Shown: in pieces, positions 19,428 through 28,882 of the stretch
How positions within the stretch are numbered: the first letter of the stretch is position 1
How the letters are laid out: every line of letters starts with the position of its first letter
Assembly: GCA_964599115.1 (NCBI GenBank)
Contig: CAZREZ010000001.1
Location: 1-40,322, forward strand
Source of the DNA: an uncultured Bacteroidales bacterium
Lineage (GTDB): Bacteria; Bacteroidota; Bacteroidia; Bacteroidales; JADFUO01
Direction: 5' to 3'
Length of the DNA: 40,322 bases
Translations under genes and position numbers: made by a program
Notes under the pieces: model-generated
What the model saw: the letters and a program-made list of their open reading frames with translations, nothing else
Told to the model about the DNA's origin: nothing
The model's database searches: none

Positions 19428-20602
19428 TGGATATTGAAATATATATTAAACCAATAGATCTAACAGGCTATGAATATGCAGAGAAATCCCATCGCAGAAG
19501 ATTGGGAGATGTTGTAAAAAGTTATAATACTGCATCCGGTTTTCCTGATTTGGATAATATTGATATTGCAATTATTGGAATTAATGAAGACCGGAATGCA
19601 ATAAATAATGAAGGATGTGCAGATGCGCCTGATAATATCAGAAAAAAACTGTATAAACTTTTTGAAGGTGGAAATAAAACTAAGATAGCTGATTTGGGCA
19701 ATATAAAAAAAGGCAATACAATTAATGACACTTATTTTGCAGTAACTTCGGTTGTTTACGAATTATTAAAAAATGATATTATTCCGATACTTATTGGTGG
19801 AAGCCACGACCTTACTTATGCAAATTATCAGGCTTATGAAAGTTTGGAGCAAGTAATAAATATTGTTGCAATAGATTCGGTATTTGACCTTGGGAAATCT
19901 GAAGAAGATTTTAATTCACAATCATATTTAAGTAAAATTATTTTATACCAGCCGAATTATCTTTTTAATTATACCAATATCGGTTATCAAACCTATTTAA
20001 TTGATCAGGAAGCAATAGGTCTGATGAAAAATTTATTTTTTGATATTTATCGTTTAGGAAATGTAAGGGCAAATATTGAGGAAGTTGAGCCTATTGTTAG
20101 GAATGCCGATTTAGTTACTTTTGACATATCTGCAATCCGACAGTCGGATGCTCCTGCAAATGGAAATGCATCACCCAACGGTTTTTACGGAGAGGAAGTT
20201 TGTAAGATTGCACAGTATGCGGGTATGAGCGACAAATTAACTTCAATCGGCTTTTACGAAGTTAATCCAAAACTTGACAGACAAGAACAAACCTCGCACC
20301 TTGTTGCACAGATGATATGGTATTTTATTGATGGATTTTATAATCGCAAACATGATTTCCCACTTAAAGAAAAAGAAAATTATATTAAATATTTGGTTTC
20401 AATCAAGGATCATAAAGACGAGATAGTTTTTTACAAAAGTAAAAAAAGCGATAGGTGGTGGATGGAAATCCCAATAAAAACCAATATGAAGCCCAAATAT
20501 GAACGACATTATTTAGTGCCATGCTCATATCAGGATTACCAAACTGCCTGTAAAGATGATATTCCCAACAGATGGTGGCAAGCGTATCAGAAGTTGATTT
20601 AG
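19427..20602 (+). CDS. Arginase/formimidoylglutamase (ureohydrolase) family protein, divergent
   Basis: The 391-aa ORF has ureohydrolase-like blocks (LIGGSHDLTY, AIDSVFD, FDISAIRQSDAP). Its start overlaps the topA stop by 1 nt (TAATG). Confidence 0.7.
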   Translation: MDIEIYIKPIDLTGYEYAEKSHRRRLGDVVKSYNTASGFPDLDNIDIAIIGINEDRNAINNEGCADAPDNIRKKLYKLFEGGNKTKIADLGNIKKGNTINDTYFAVTSVVYELLKNDIIPILIGGSHDLTYANYQAYESLEQVINIVAIDSVFDLGKSEEDFNSQSYLSKIILYQPNYLFNYTNIGYQTYLIDQEAIGLMKNLFFDIYRLGNVRANIEEVEPIVRNADLVTFDISAIRQSDAPANGNASPNGFYGEEVCKIAQYAGMSDKLTSIGFYEVNPKLDRQEQTSHLVAQMIWYFIDGFYNRKHDFPLKEKENYIKYLVSIKDHKDEIVFYKSKKSDRWWMEIPIKTNMKPKYERHYLVPCSYQDYQTACKDDIPNRWWQAYQKLI

Positions 20603-20658
20603 AAATTCTAACATGGAAAAGTTTGAAACAACAAACATCTTTTAATATTTCAAATTAT

Positions 20659-22266
20659 CTATAACAACTCCACAGCCTTTTGAAAAGTTTTATCAACTTT
20701 ATGATATATCGGATAAAAGCCTTTATCGTCTAGCAAGTTGCGCCCGATAAAGGCTTTTAATAATATTTTTATTCTTTCTTTTGCATACTCTATTCCTTTA
20801 TTTTCTTTTTCAACACTATTTTCTTCAGCAAAATTTATAAAATCATTAAATATCAAATCAGATATTATAAAATTCTTATTAAAATCTTCAAAGGTTTTAT
20901 AAGTTCTAAGTTGGTCTCTGTTTTTATCAGTATATTCAAAAGCATATCTGAAAATTAATCCTTTATTAATTAGTTGATTATAATATTTCAATTTTATGTT
21001 TTTTTCAATTGGAACATAAATATCAGGCATAATCCCACCACCACCATAAACTACATTGCCTTCCTGAGTAATATATTTTAATGAATCGTCAAAATGAATG
21101 CTGTCAGCATTTTCCAGTTCACCGTTTGTATATCGATTATAAAATTCCATGTAATAATCTTCAATACCATTTTTATACGATTTTTGTATACATCTGCCGG
21201 TAGGTGTATGATACCTGGCAACTGTTAACCGCAGAGCAGATCCATCAGGAAAATTCAATTGTTCCTGCACCAAGCCTTTGCCAAACGATCTTCGTCCTAT
21301 TATCAAGCCCCTGTCATTATCCTGAATAGCTCCTGCAATAATTTCGCTGGCTGATGCTGATTCTTCATCAATTAAAACAACAAGTTCGTTTTTTTCAAAA
21401 CAACCTTTTTCAGTAGCATAAGCGAAATTTTTTGGTCTGCTGTTACCTTCAGTGTAAACAATCAATTTTTTGTCTTCTAAAAATTCATCTGCAATTTTAA
21501 TTGCCGACTGAAGATAACCACCGATGTTTCCTCGTAAATCCAGAATTAATTTGGTCATGCCTTTTTGTTTTAGCTCTTTTAATGCTTTGATAAATTCATC
21601 GTAAGTTGTGGCTGAAAATTTATTTAGTTTTATATACCCGATAGAATCGTTAATCAAATAAGCAATGTCAAGACTGTAAGTAGGAATTACATCTCTGATT
21701 ATATTAAAATTTATAAGGTCATTGACTCCCCTGCGGAAAACACTTACTTTTACTTTGGTTTCTCTTTTTCCTTTTAATTTTTTTATTGCGTCTTTATTTT
21801 TAATTTTTATTCCTGCAACAAGTGTATCATTAATTTTAACTATTCTGTCTCCGGCTTTAATTCCTGATTTTTCAGAAGGACCTCCTAAAATTGTATTTAT
21901 AACGGCAATTGTATCTTTTTCAATTCTGAACTGTATTCCAATACCTTCAAAATTACCGAGTAGTTGGTCATTAACTTCATTAAATTCTTCGGCAGGAATA
22001 TATTGTGAATGAGGGTCAAGTTCCTTTAACATTCCGATAATTGATTCTTCGGTTAATTTTTTACGATTGACCGAATCAACATAATCCTGTTCAATATAAT
22101 TGATAATGTCAGTTATTTTATTGTATTTATTTAAACTAACGGGAAATATATTGTTGTTAAAAGAGGAGATATAAGTGAGTTTACTGCCTATAAAAATTCC
22201 TATTATTAAAATAATAGCAAAAATTATTGGCAGATAAACAGAAAAATATTTATTAGGTTTAGTCAT
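20659..22266 (-). CDS. S41 family C-terminal processing peptidase
   Basis: The 535-aa ORF has an N-terminal TM helix, a PDZ domain (GIKAGDRIVKINDT) and the S41 core (LIDEESASASEIIAGAIQDNDRGLIIGRRSFGKG). Confidence 0.9.
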   Translation of the reverse strand: MTKPNKYFSVYLPIIFAIILIIGIFIGSKLTYISSFNNNIFPVSLNKYNKITDIINYIEQDYVDSVNRKKLTEESIIGMLKELDPHSQYIPAEEFNEVNDQLLGNFEGIGIQFRIEKDTIAVINTILGGPSEKSGIKAGDRIVKINDTLVAGIKIKNKDAIKKLKGKRETKVKVSVFRRGVNDLINFNIIRDVIPTYSLDIAYLINDSIGYIKLNKFSATTYDEFIKALKELKQKGMTKLILDLRGNIGGYLQSAIKIADEFLEDKKLIVYTEGNSRPKNFAYATEKGCFEKNELVVLIDEESASASEIIAGAIQDNDRGLIIGRRSFGKGLVQEQLNFPDGSALRLTVARYHTPTGRCIQKSYKNGIEDYYMEFYNRYTNGELENADSIHFDDSLKYITQEGNVVYGGGGIMPDIYVPIEKNIKLKYYNQLINKGLIFRYAFEYTDKNRDQLRTYKTFEDFNKNFIISDLIFNDFINFAEENSVEKENKGIEYAKERIKILLKAFIGRNLLDDKGFYPIYHKVDKTFQKAVELL

Positions 22267-22315
22267 TATTAAAAATTACTACTAAAAAAGCTCTCTTTGT
22301 AAAGAAAGCTTAAAA

Positions 22316-22368
22316 CTTTTGTCTTTTATACCATACGGCCAACTTCGTGTCGCTTTTGTCTTTTATCT
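22316..22368 (+). repeat. Core-repeat copy A: cttttgtcttttat-[ACCATACGGCCAACTTCGTGTCGC]-ttttgtcttttat
   Basis: A perfect 14-nt direct repeat flanks a ~24-nt core. The copy lies 8 nt beyond the 3' end of tRNA-Leu. Confidence 0.85.
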
Positions 22369-22375
22369 TGTTTTG

Positions 22376-22459
22376 TACCCGGGGCCGGGATCGAACCGGC
22401 ACGAGTATTACCTCATTGGTTTTTGAGACCAACGCGTCTACCAATTCCGCCACCCGGGC
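22376..22459 (-). tRNA. tRNA-Leu (anticodon CAA)
   Basis: The minus strand reads GCCCGGG-TG-GCG-GAATTGGTAGA-CGC-G-TTGGT-CTCAAAA-ACCAA, then a long variable arm, then GCCGG-TTCGATC-CCGGC-CCCGGGT-A. It is a class II cloverleaf with a G1:U72 pair and no encoded CCA. Confidence 0.9.
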
Positions 22460-22594
22460 ATAAATTCAGGTTTCACTAAACCCACTAAATATCCCAAAAT
22501 AAATTGCAATTTAACATTTAATTAATTAAAAGTGCAAAGATATTGAAAAGTTTTTATTGATTAATAACATTTTTTTAATAATAATGAATATTAT

Positions 22595-22626
22595 TTTGTA
22601 GCATATCAAATTATATCATATTTTTG
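22595..22626 (+). promoter_or_regulatory. Candidate -33 TTTG / -7 TATTTTTG promoter for prs
   Basis: TTTG lies at 22595-22598 and TATTTTTG at 22619-22626, with a 20-nt spacer. The -7 box overlaps the TTG at 22624, which argues for the ATG at 22657 as the real start. Confidence 0.5.
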
Positions 22627-22656
22627 CAGCCTGAAATATCAAAAACCTGTAACATA

Positions 22657-23592
22657 ATGTCAAGTAAATTAGTTAATGTTTTTTCGGGAAGAGCTACAAA
22701 ATATTTAGCTGAGAAGATTGCTGCCAGATACGGGCAGGAGTTAGGCAATGTAATTGTTACTAATTTTTCTGACGGTGAATTTCAATCTTCGTATGAAGAC
22801 AACATCAGGGGCAGGGATGTTTTTATAATACAATCTACTTTTGCTCCGGCTGATAATCTTCTTGAACTGCTATTAATGATAGACGCAGCCAGAAGGTCAT
22901 CTGCAAGAAATATTGTTGCAGTTATTCCATATTTCGGATTTGCACGTCAGGATAGAAAAGACAAACCAAGAGTTTCAATCGCTTCAAAGTTAGTTGCAAA
23001 TTTGCTAACCGCAGCAGGTGTTCAAAGGATAATTACCATTGATTTACATGCCGACCAAATACAGGGATTTTTTGATATTCCGGTTGATCATTTATACGCT
23101 TCATCAATTTTTATTCCTTATTTAAAAGAACTAAATTTACCTAATCTTACTATTGCATCACCCGATACAGGAGGTACAAGAAGGGCTGCATCTTACGCAA
23201 AATATTTGAATACCGATTTTGTGGTTTGTTATAAACAAAGATCAAAACCTAATGAAATAAAAAAAATGGCATTAGTTGGAGATGTGAAAGGACGTGATAT
23301 TGTTTTGGTTGATGATATTATTGATACAGCAGGTTCTATGGAAAAAGCTTCCAATCTTATGATGGAAAATGGTGCTGTAAGTGTAAGAGCTTTTTGCACA
23401 CACCCTGTATTTTCGGGAGATGCTTACGAAAAAATTGAAAATTCTCCATGTACTGAAGTTGTTGTTTCCGACACAATCCCATTGAAAAAACATAGTGATA
23501 AAATTAAAGTTCTTTCAACTGCCGAATTATTTGCAGAAGTAATAAAAAGAGTTGAAAATTACGAATCAATAAGTTCACTTTTTAAATTTTAA
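22657..23592 (+). CDS. prs: Ribose-phosphate pyrophosphokinase
   Basis: The ORF begins MSSKLVNVFSG and contains ...YFGFARQDRK...DLHADQIQGFF...VLVDDIIDTAGS. Confidence 0.95.
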   Translation: MSSKLVNVFSGRATKYLAEKIAARYGQELGNVIVTNFSDGEFQSSYEDNIRGRDVFIIQSTFAPADNLLELLLMIDAARRSSARNIVAVIPYFGFARQDRKDKPRVSIASKLVANLLTAAGVQRIITIDLHADQIQGFFDIPVDHLYASSIFIPYLKELNLPNLTIASPDTGGTRRAASYAKYLNTDFVVCYKQRSKPNEIKKMALVGDVKGRDIVLVDDIIDTAGSMEKASNLMMENGAVSVRAFCTHPVFSGDAYEKIENSPCTEVVVSDTIPLKKHSDKIKVLSTAELFAEVIKRVENYESISSLFKF

Positions 23593-23616
23593 ATTAATAA
23601 TAACAAATTTTTAAAC

Positions 23617-24267
23617 ATGAAAACAGTATCTATGAGCGGTTCTCTTAGAGAGAACGTAGGGAAAAAAGATGCTAAAATGAATAGAAAATTAGGCAAAGTG
23701 CCTTGTGTTCTTTACGGAGGTAAGGAGCAAATTCATTTTACAGCAGACGAAAAAGACTTTGTAAAAATTATTTTTACTCCCGAAGTTTTTATCATTAAAT
23801 TAAGTGTTGACAGCAAAGAATATAATGTCGTATTGCAGGATGTTCAATACCATCCTGTAACAGACAAAATTTTACATGTGGATTTTCTTGAAATTTTATC
23901 AGGAAAAGCTGTAATTATCGGACTACCTGTTATAATTGAAGGAAGTGCAATCGGTGTGCTAAAAGGCGGACAATTAGTTAAAAAAATAAGAAAACTTAAG
24001 GTTAAAGCTCTTGTTGAGCACCTGCCTGAGAATATTGTTTTGGATATTACAAACCTTGAAATTGGAGATTCAATCAGGGTTAAAGATGTTTCAAAAGAAA
24101 ATCTTGAATTTTTAGATATTCCAAATGCTGAAATAGTTGGAGTAAAAGTTACAAGAATTGTCGAAACAATAGAAGAAGCTGGCGAAGAAGCCGAAGTGGG
24201 TGAAGAAGAAGAAACTAAGGAAACCACTGAAGGTGCTGAAAAAGAACATGCCAGGGAAAAACCATAA
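23617..24267 (+). CDS. rplY: 50S ribosomal protein L25/general stress protein Ctc (long form)
   Basis: The 216-aa ORF contains GKVPCVLYGG...HPVTDKILHVDFLE and an acidic C-terminal tail. Confidence 0.9.
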   Translation: MKTVSMSGSLRENVGKKDAKMNRKLGKVPCVLYGGKEQIHFTADEKDFVKIIFTPEVFIIKLSVDSKEYNVVLQDVQYHPVTDKILHVDFLEILSGKAVIIGLPVIIEGSAIGVLKGGQLVKKIRKLKVKALVEHLPENIVLDITNLEIGDSIRVKDVSKENLEFLDIPNAEIVGVKVTRIVETIEEAGEEAEVGEEEETKETTEGAEKEHAREKP

Positions 24268-24302
24268 GAAAAAAATTTTAGATAAAAATTTAATTTAGAT
24301 AT

Positions 24303-24346
24303 AAGGTATAAGGTTTATTCATAACTTTATACCTTTATTTTTTTTC
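24303..24346 (+). terminator. Rho-independent terminator after rplY
   Basis: The 13-bp stem is aaggtataaggtt / aactttatacctt, with one G:U pair. The loop is tattcat and is followed by tatttttttt. The T-run ends 2 nt before the pth ATG. Confidence 0.65.
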
Positions 24347-24348
24347 AA

Positions 24349-24912
24349 ATGAAATATTTAATTGTCGGTTTGGGTAATATTGGAGAAGAATATGTCAATA
24401 CAAGACATAATATAGGATTTATTGTGCTTGACGCTTTAGCCCTGAGTACATGTGTAAAATTTTCTTCCGCCAGGTATGCTTCCTTGTCAAAAATGAAATT
24501 CAAAGGAAGAACTTTTGTTTTAATAAAACCCACTACATATGTGAATTTGAGCGGTAAAGCTGTTAAATACTGGCTAACTAAAGAAAAAATTCCGATTGAA
24601 AATTTATTAATCGTTCTTGATGATATTGCTTTACCTTTAGGATTTTTACGAATGAAAAAAAAAGGTGGAGATGCCGGCCATAATGGCTTGGCAAGTATTA
24701 TTGAACTTCTTGGAACAATTGAATTTCCACGCTTACGAATAGGAATAGGGGGTGATTTTGCACGAGGTTATCAATCGGAATATGTTTTGAATAGATGGAC
24801 AAAAACCGAAGAAAAAATTATGATCCCAAGAATAGAAATTGCTGTAGAAATGATAAAAAATTTTGCAACAATCGGCATTGAGCTAACTATGACGGCATAT
24901 AATAATAAGTAG
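24349..24912 (+). CDS. pth: Peptidyl-tRNA hydrolase
   Basis: The 187-aa ORF begins MKYLIVGLGNIGEEYVNTRHNIGF and contains ...GGDAGHNGL. Confidence 0.95.
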   Translation: MKYLIVGLGNIGEEYVNTRHNIGFIVLDALALSTCVKFSSARYASLSKMKFKGRTFVLIKPTTYVNLSGKAVKYWLTKEKIPIENLLIVLDDIALPLGFLRMKKKGGDAGHNGLASIIELLGTIEFPRLRIGIGGDFARGYQSEYVLNRWTKTEEKIMIPRIEIAVEMIKNFATIGIELTMTAYNNK

Positions 24913-24929
24913 AAAAAATAGATTTATTT

Positions 24930-26753
24930 TCATTTCACCTTAAAAACAATCTCTTTGTATTTTTTATTCTGCCATAAATTCATTATTTCTTTAAATGCTT
25001 TATAGTTATTAACATCAATGATTTTTTCCGGCAGGGAAATTGACCTTTTTATAAGTATTTCATCCTTGATTTTTTGAACCTTAATACTAATATTACCAAC
25101 TTCGTTTTTAATTTCAATATTAGCTTCAGGATTCACAAGCTCCATATTTTCAGGTAGAACAATAGTGTAATTGTAAGTTTCTTTTATAGTTGAAGGAATC
25201 TCTAAAGGAGAAATTCGCTTTTTTGTAAGAAGATTTATATGCCAGCTATCTATGCCGTTTTTTACAACCGGCAGATTCCAAAACAAGTAATCGCCTTGTT
25301 TATCAAAAGGATCTTCTTTTTCTATATCATAATGGATTTTTGATTTAAATTCATTTAGTTTGTTAATTTGAAAGCTTTTGATATCATTTGAAGATATTCC
25401 ATTAGTAAGATAATTTTTTGCGTTGGCTGAGTCTTTAAAAAATTGCAGATAAGGATTTAAATTCCCGGATAATTCAATTTCAGTTGTTCCTGCTATTTTT
25501 TCAGGATTTTGTATAACATAACCACAACCGAAATAAATTTCATTTTTACTGAGTTTTTCTTCATAAGTTTTTAAACTTTCAATAGCTGCATCCAGCAATA
25601 AAATTGTATTACCAGATAAATTAAATTTCAGGTTTTTATTGTCAATATGTGTTGATGATAAATAAAGCTGTCCGTAATTTTTAGGATTTACCTGAACAAG
25701 AAATTTATCAAACATCAGTAAATTGCCTATTTCTTTTTCATAAAATTTTGAAGGAATAACAACAACCGGATTTGCATTAATATTTGTCTGACGAAGTAAT
25801 GCAGTTAGCAAAATTGATTTTTCAAGTTGTGTTCCACCATTACTTTTCCATGTTTCTTTAGTGGTACGGCAGCGGTATCCTGTATAAACCAATGGTATAT
25901 GATAATCTTTCAGGTTATTAACAACAAGCTCCTGAAGTTTTAAAATTATTTTCATTTGGTCTTTTTCTTCAGCAACAATGTTATCAACGGTTTCCGCCAT
26001 TTGTTTTCCAACTTTATAATAAAATGCCGGTTGATTTACAAACCAATCATAAACTCTGTGCAAGTCAATAGCTGAGCTGAATTCTAATCTTGGTGTAAAC
26101 AAATTATTTTGCTCCCTGAAAGACTCTTTAGAGCTTGCCGGCAAATTTTTAAAAGCCCATGTAAAAACCTGCATATTATTTTCTGAAGTTATTACAGGCG
26201 CAATACTGATGTTAAAAGCTTTATAATGTAATTCATGGTTTTTAGGTATCTTAATTTTTATGATCATTTCCTTTACAGGAGAAGATTCCCCCAGAATTTC
26301 ATTGCCCATTAATGCAGGTAAGAATTCTTTTGAATTTTTAATTGTATAGTAAAGATTAATTACGGCATTTCTTTCCAGGCCCGTATGAGTTACAACCATT
26401 TCCCTGAGATTATTATACGCCGGTATATTTGCAGCAAAACGGGGTAAAACTTTATTAAAAGCATTGTCAGGGGATTTAATAACTTTCCCATCTGCCATGG
26501 TTGTAAAAGATTTGTTTATCTCTAATTCCTGAAAGTCCGGATTGTAAACAATAAAAGTTTCGCCGTAAAGCCTGTGAAAAGAATAATATGTGAGCAGTTT
26601 TAATTGTTTCGAATAAGAAAATTCTGTGCTGCCATCTTCGTTTAACTTGTATTCCTTTGTGATTTTTAAAAATACTGCATCGGCATTTTCTTCCTGAGCA
26701 AAAGTGGAATTAATAATAAGAATAATTGCTAAGATCCAAAATAAATTTTTCAT
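24930..26753 (-). CDS. Secreted DUF3857/DUF3858-like protein, paralog of the upstream transglutaminase-like protein without the catalytic Cys
   Basis: The 607-aa ORF has a signal peptide. The segment GGTQLEKSILLTALLRQ aligns by eye with CGVCKDKAGMLITLLRA of the neighbour, placing Q where the neighbour has C. Confidence 0.6.
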   Translation of the reverse strand: MKNLFWILAIILIINSTFAQEENADAVFLKITKEYKLNEDGSTEFSYSKQLKLLTYYSFHRLYGETFIVYNPDFQELEINKSFTTMADGKVIKSPDNAFNKVLPRFAANIPAYNNLREMVVTHTGLERNAVINLYYTIKNSKEFLPALMGNEILGESSPVKEMIIKIKIPKNHELHYKAFNISIAPVITSENNMQVFTWAFKNLPASSKESFREQNNLFTPRLEFSSAIDLHRVYDWFVNQPAFYYKVGKQMAETVDNIVAEEKDQMKIILKLQELVVNNLKDYHIPLVYTGYRCRTTKETWKSNGGTQLEKSILLTALLRQTNINANPVVVIPSKFYEKEIGNLLMFDKFLVQVNPKNYGQLYLSSTHIDNKNLKFNLSGNTILLLDAAIESLKTYEEKLSKNEIYFGCGYVIQNPEKIAGTTEIELSGNLNPYLQFFKDSANAKNYLTNGISSNDIKSFQINKLNEFKSKIHYDIEKEDPFDKQGDYLFWNLPVVKNGIDSWHINLLTKKRISPLEIPSTIKETYNYTIVLPENMELVNPEANIEIKNEVGNISIKVQKIKDEILIKRSISLPEKIIDVNNYKAFKEIMNLWQNKKYKEIVFKVK

Positions 26754-26768
26754 GTTTTATCGTTTTTT

Positions 26769-28721
26769 TTACTTAATTTTTAATATAATTGGTTGTTCGG
26801 CAAATTTATTCTGTGCAACAACAACTTTTCTATACATTTCCCAATCTTCCGGTTCATATATTCTTTTGCCTAATTTTATTTTTTCAGATAGTTTAATAGT
26901 TCTCCCATCCTGTTCAATGCTACCTTTAAAACTTGTGATTTCATTATTTATTGATTCTGAAGATGGATAACTTATAGCTTCGGCATTTTCAGGAATAAGA
27001 ATTGTTTCATTCAGTTCAACCAGGCGAGAACATCTGTCTCTGAAATTGTATTTTCGTTTTTCTAAATTTGCATTAAAATATAAGTATGACATCCCTCTTT
27101 TAAACAGATTAGCTGCAACAATAGGGGTGAAAATTATTTCTTCATCAGAAACCAAAGCATAGTCAGGAATTTTATATTTAATTTTTATCAAAATAGGGTT
27201 TGCCATATAATTATAAGGTTCTCCAAATTCCATTTCTTCAATTTCTGCCAAAGGTGAAATTTTTAATATTTCTTTTTCAATTGAATTTTCCCATTCAGAC
27301 TTATAATATCCTGTGAACATTCTTCGTATTCCTGCGTCGGATTGTCCTTCAGCAGTTATTGAAAGATTGCCTTTTAAAGTACCGTCAGGTAATAATTCTG
27401 ATTTTCCGGTTATTTTAAAATAATGGTTTTCAGGGGCAGAAAGTGGAGTGATTTTCAGGTCTGCACCTTCGGGAACACCCATCAGGTAGTTTTGCTGTTG
27501 CTCTGCACTTGACCATAGCTCACGTAAGAGAGGAACCCATGTTGGGTCAAGCAGTTTATATTCGCCGTTTGAAAGTTTCACAATTGTAACGCAATGATTA
27601 AACTGGTCGGCAGGGATATAATCTATTCTTGAGCCGGCCATAGTCATTGCAGGATAGGATTCAAACCCGGCAGCACGAAGCAGAGTGATCAGCATTCCGG
27701 CTTTATCTTTACATACGCCGCAACGGTCGGTAAAATTCATATCTCCGCTATGAAGCGTAAAGCCTTCTCCCTCACCCATTGAAATTCCCGAATAGCGTAT
27801 TTCATCTGCCGCCCAGTGTGTTAGTCTTGAAATAGAGTCCATTTCATTTTCTGCCCCAAGTAAAATCTCTGCAACTTTTTTATCAATATCAGGTGTGGAT
27901 TCAAAACTTCCATAATCTTCATTAACACCATAAAACCAAAGCGATTTGGCTTTCCAGTCTGGACTGGTTGACATAAGTAGTTTTGGGGCTACATCTGAAT
28001 ATGCAACCATACCCGATTCCCGCTTGAACGGCAGAATATCTTTTTTAGTGAAAGTATAAACCATTTTATCATCAATTAGAACAGCCGATGATTCAACTTC
28101 ACCATTATAAAATTCGTATTGAACCAATTTATCTTTTGGGATTTTTACCTGATAAACTTTAGTGAGGATTGGCTCACTACTCCAAAAAGGAACAATATCA
28201 TAAAAATGACCCTTCATTGGTGGAATGTATCTTTCGTCCTCCTCATCTTGAAGCAAGGCATAAGTAAATCCTTTTTTGAATAGGAAAACTTCAACTGCAT
28301 CGCCCGGTTCAAGCCTGCCGACCTCAATCATTTTTTCTCTTGCACCCCAGTAAATCATACGGGCAGGAGCAGGATAATCCAAGATGTTACTGATGTCCAA
28401 TTCTTCGGTTTCGCCGTTATCCCTGTATATTATTACTTTTTTAATTTCCGCATAAGCTGATAACGGGTCATAACCATACTTGATAACACTTTTTCTTAAT
28501 GCTCCTCTGGTAGTCAGGATTTTATATAATTGATGAGTGTAAATATAACTTAAACCACTTTCCTGAACATCAACTTTTGTGCTATCAAAAATTGTTAATA
28601 AATTTGAATTGGGATAATCTTTTGTATTGCCTGAATTTTTTATTAAACCCGGGATTTGGTCTGCACTTAGCAACAGACCGGCAAATAAAAATGATACAAT
28701 TAGAAATGATTTTTTTATCAT
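26769..28721 (-). CDS. Secreted transglutaminase-like superfamily protein (DUF3857-type N-terminus)
   Basis: The 650-aa ORF has a signal peptide. A candidate Cys-His-Asp triad is visible: RCGVCKDKAGMLITLLRAAG, NHCVTIV and LLDPTW. Confidence 0.75.
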   Translation of the reverse strand: MIKKSFLIVSFLFAGLLLSADQIPGLIKNSGNTKDYPNSNLLTIFDSTKVDVQESGLSYIYTHQLYKILTTRGALRKSVIKYGYDPLSAYAEIKKVIIYRDNGETEELDISNILDYPAPARMIYWGAREKMIEVGRLEPGDAVEVFLFKKGFTYALLQDEEDERYIPPMKGHFYDIVPFWSSEPILTKVYQVKIPKDKLVQYEFYNGEVESSAVLIDDKMVYTFTKKDILPFKRESGMVAYSDVAPKLLMSTSPDWKAKSLWFYGVNEDYGSFESTPDIDKKVAEILLGAENEMDSISRLTHWAADEIRYSGISMGEGEGFTLHSGDMNFTDRCGVCKDKAGMLITLLRAAGFESYPAMTMAGSRIDYIPADQFNHCVTIVKLSNGEYKLLDPTWVPLLRELWSSAEQQQNYLMGVPEGADLKITPLSAPENHYFKITGKSELLPDGTLKGNLSITAEGQSDAGIRRMFTGYYKSEWENSIEKEILKISPLAEIEEMEFGEPYNYMANPILIKIKYKIPDYALVSDEEIIFTPIVAANLFKRGMSYLYFNANLEKRKYNFRDRCSRLVELNETILIPENAEAISYPSSESINNEITSFKGSIEQDGRTIKLSEKIKLGKRIYEPEDWEMYRKVVVAQNKFAEQPIILKIK

Positions 28722-28811
28722 GATGTTTAGAGTTATTGTTTAGAATTTTTTAAAGAGGCAAAGCTAATGAAAAAAATTTTAATCTATATCAAATACTGTT
28801 AGTTTGACAAA

Positions 28812-28864
28812 GATAAAAGATAAAAGCGACACGAAGTTAGCCCGTATGGGACAAAAGACAAAAG
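28812..28864 (-). repeat. Core-repeat copy B (reverse orientation)
   Basis: The reverse complement reads cttttgtcttttgt-[CCCATACGGGCTAACTTCGTGTCGC]-ttttatcttttatc, nearly identical to copy A. Confidence 0.85.
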
Positions 28865-28882
28865 TGTTAGTTTATGAAGCAT

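Noticed and set aside
20603-20658. The AT-only inverted repeat tttgaaa...tttcaaa between the convergent ureohydrolase-like and S41 peptidase genes, considered as a bidirectional terminator.
   Set aside because: The stem is 7 bp of A/T only, the loop is ~19 nt and there is no clear U-tract. That is too weak to call.
22624-22656. The TTG start at 22624 used by the ORF track for prs (MQPEISKTCNI...).
   Set aside because: The TTG lies inside the candidate -7 promoter box TATTTTTG (22619-22626). The extension does not resemble Prs N-termini. The ATG at 22657 gives the normal MSSKLVNVFSG start.
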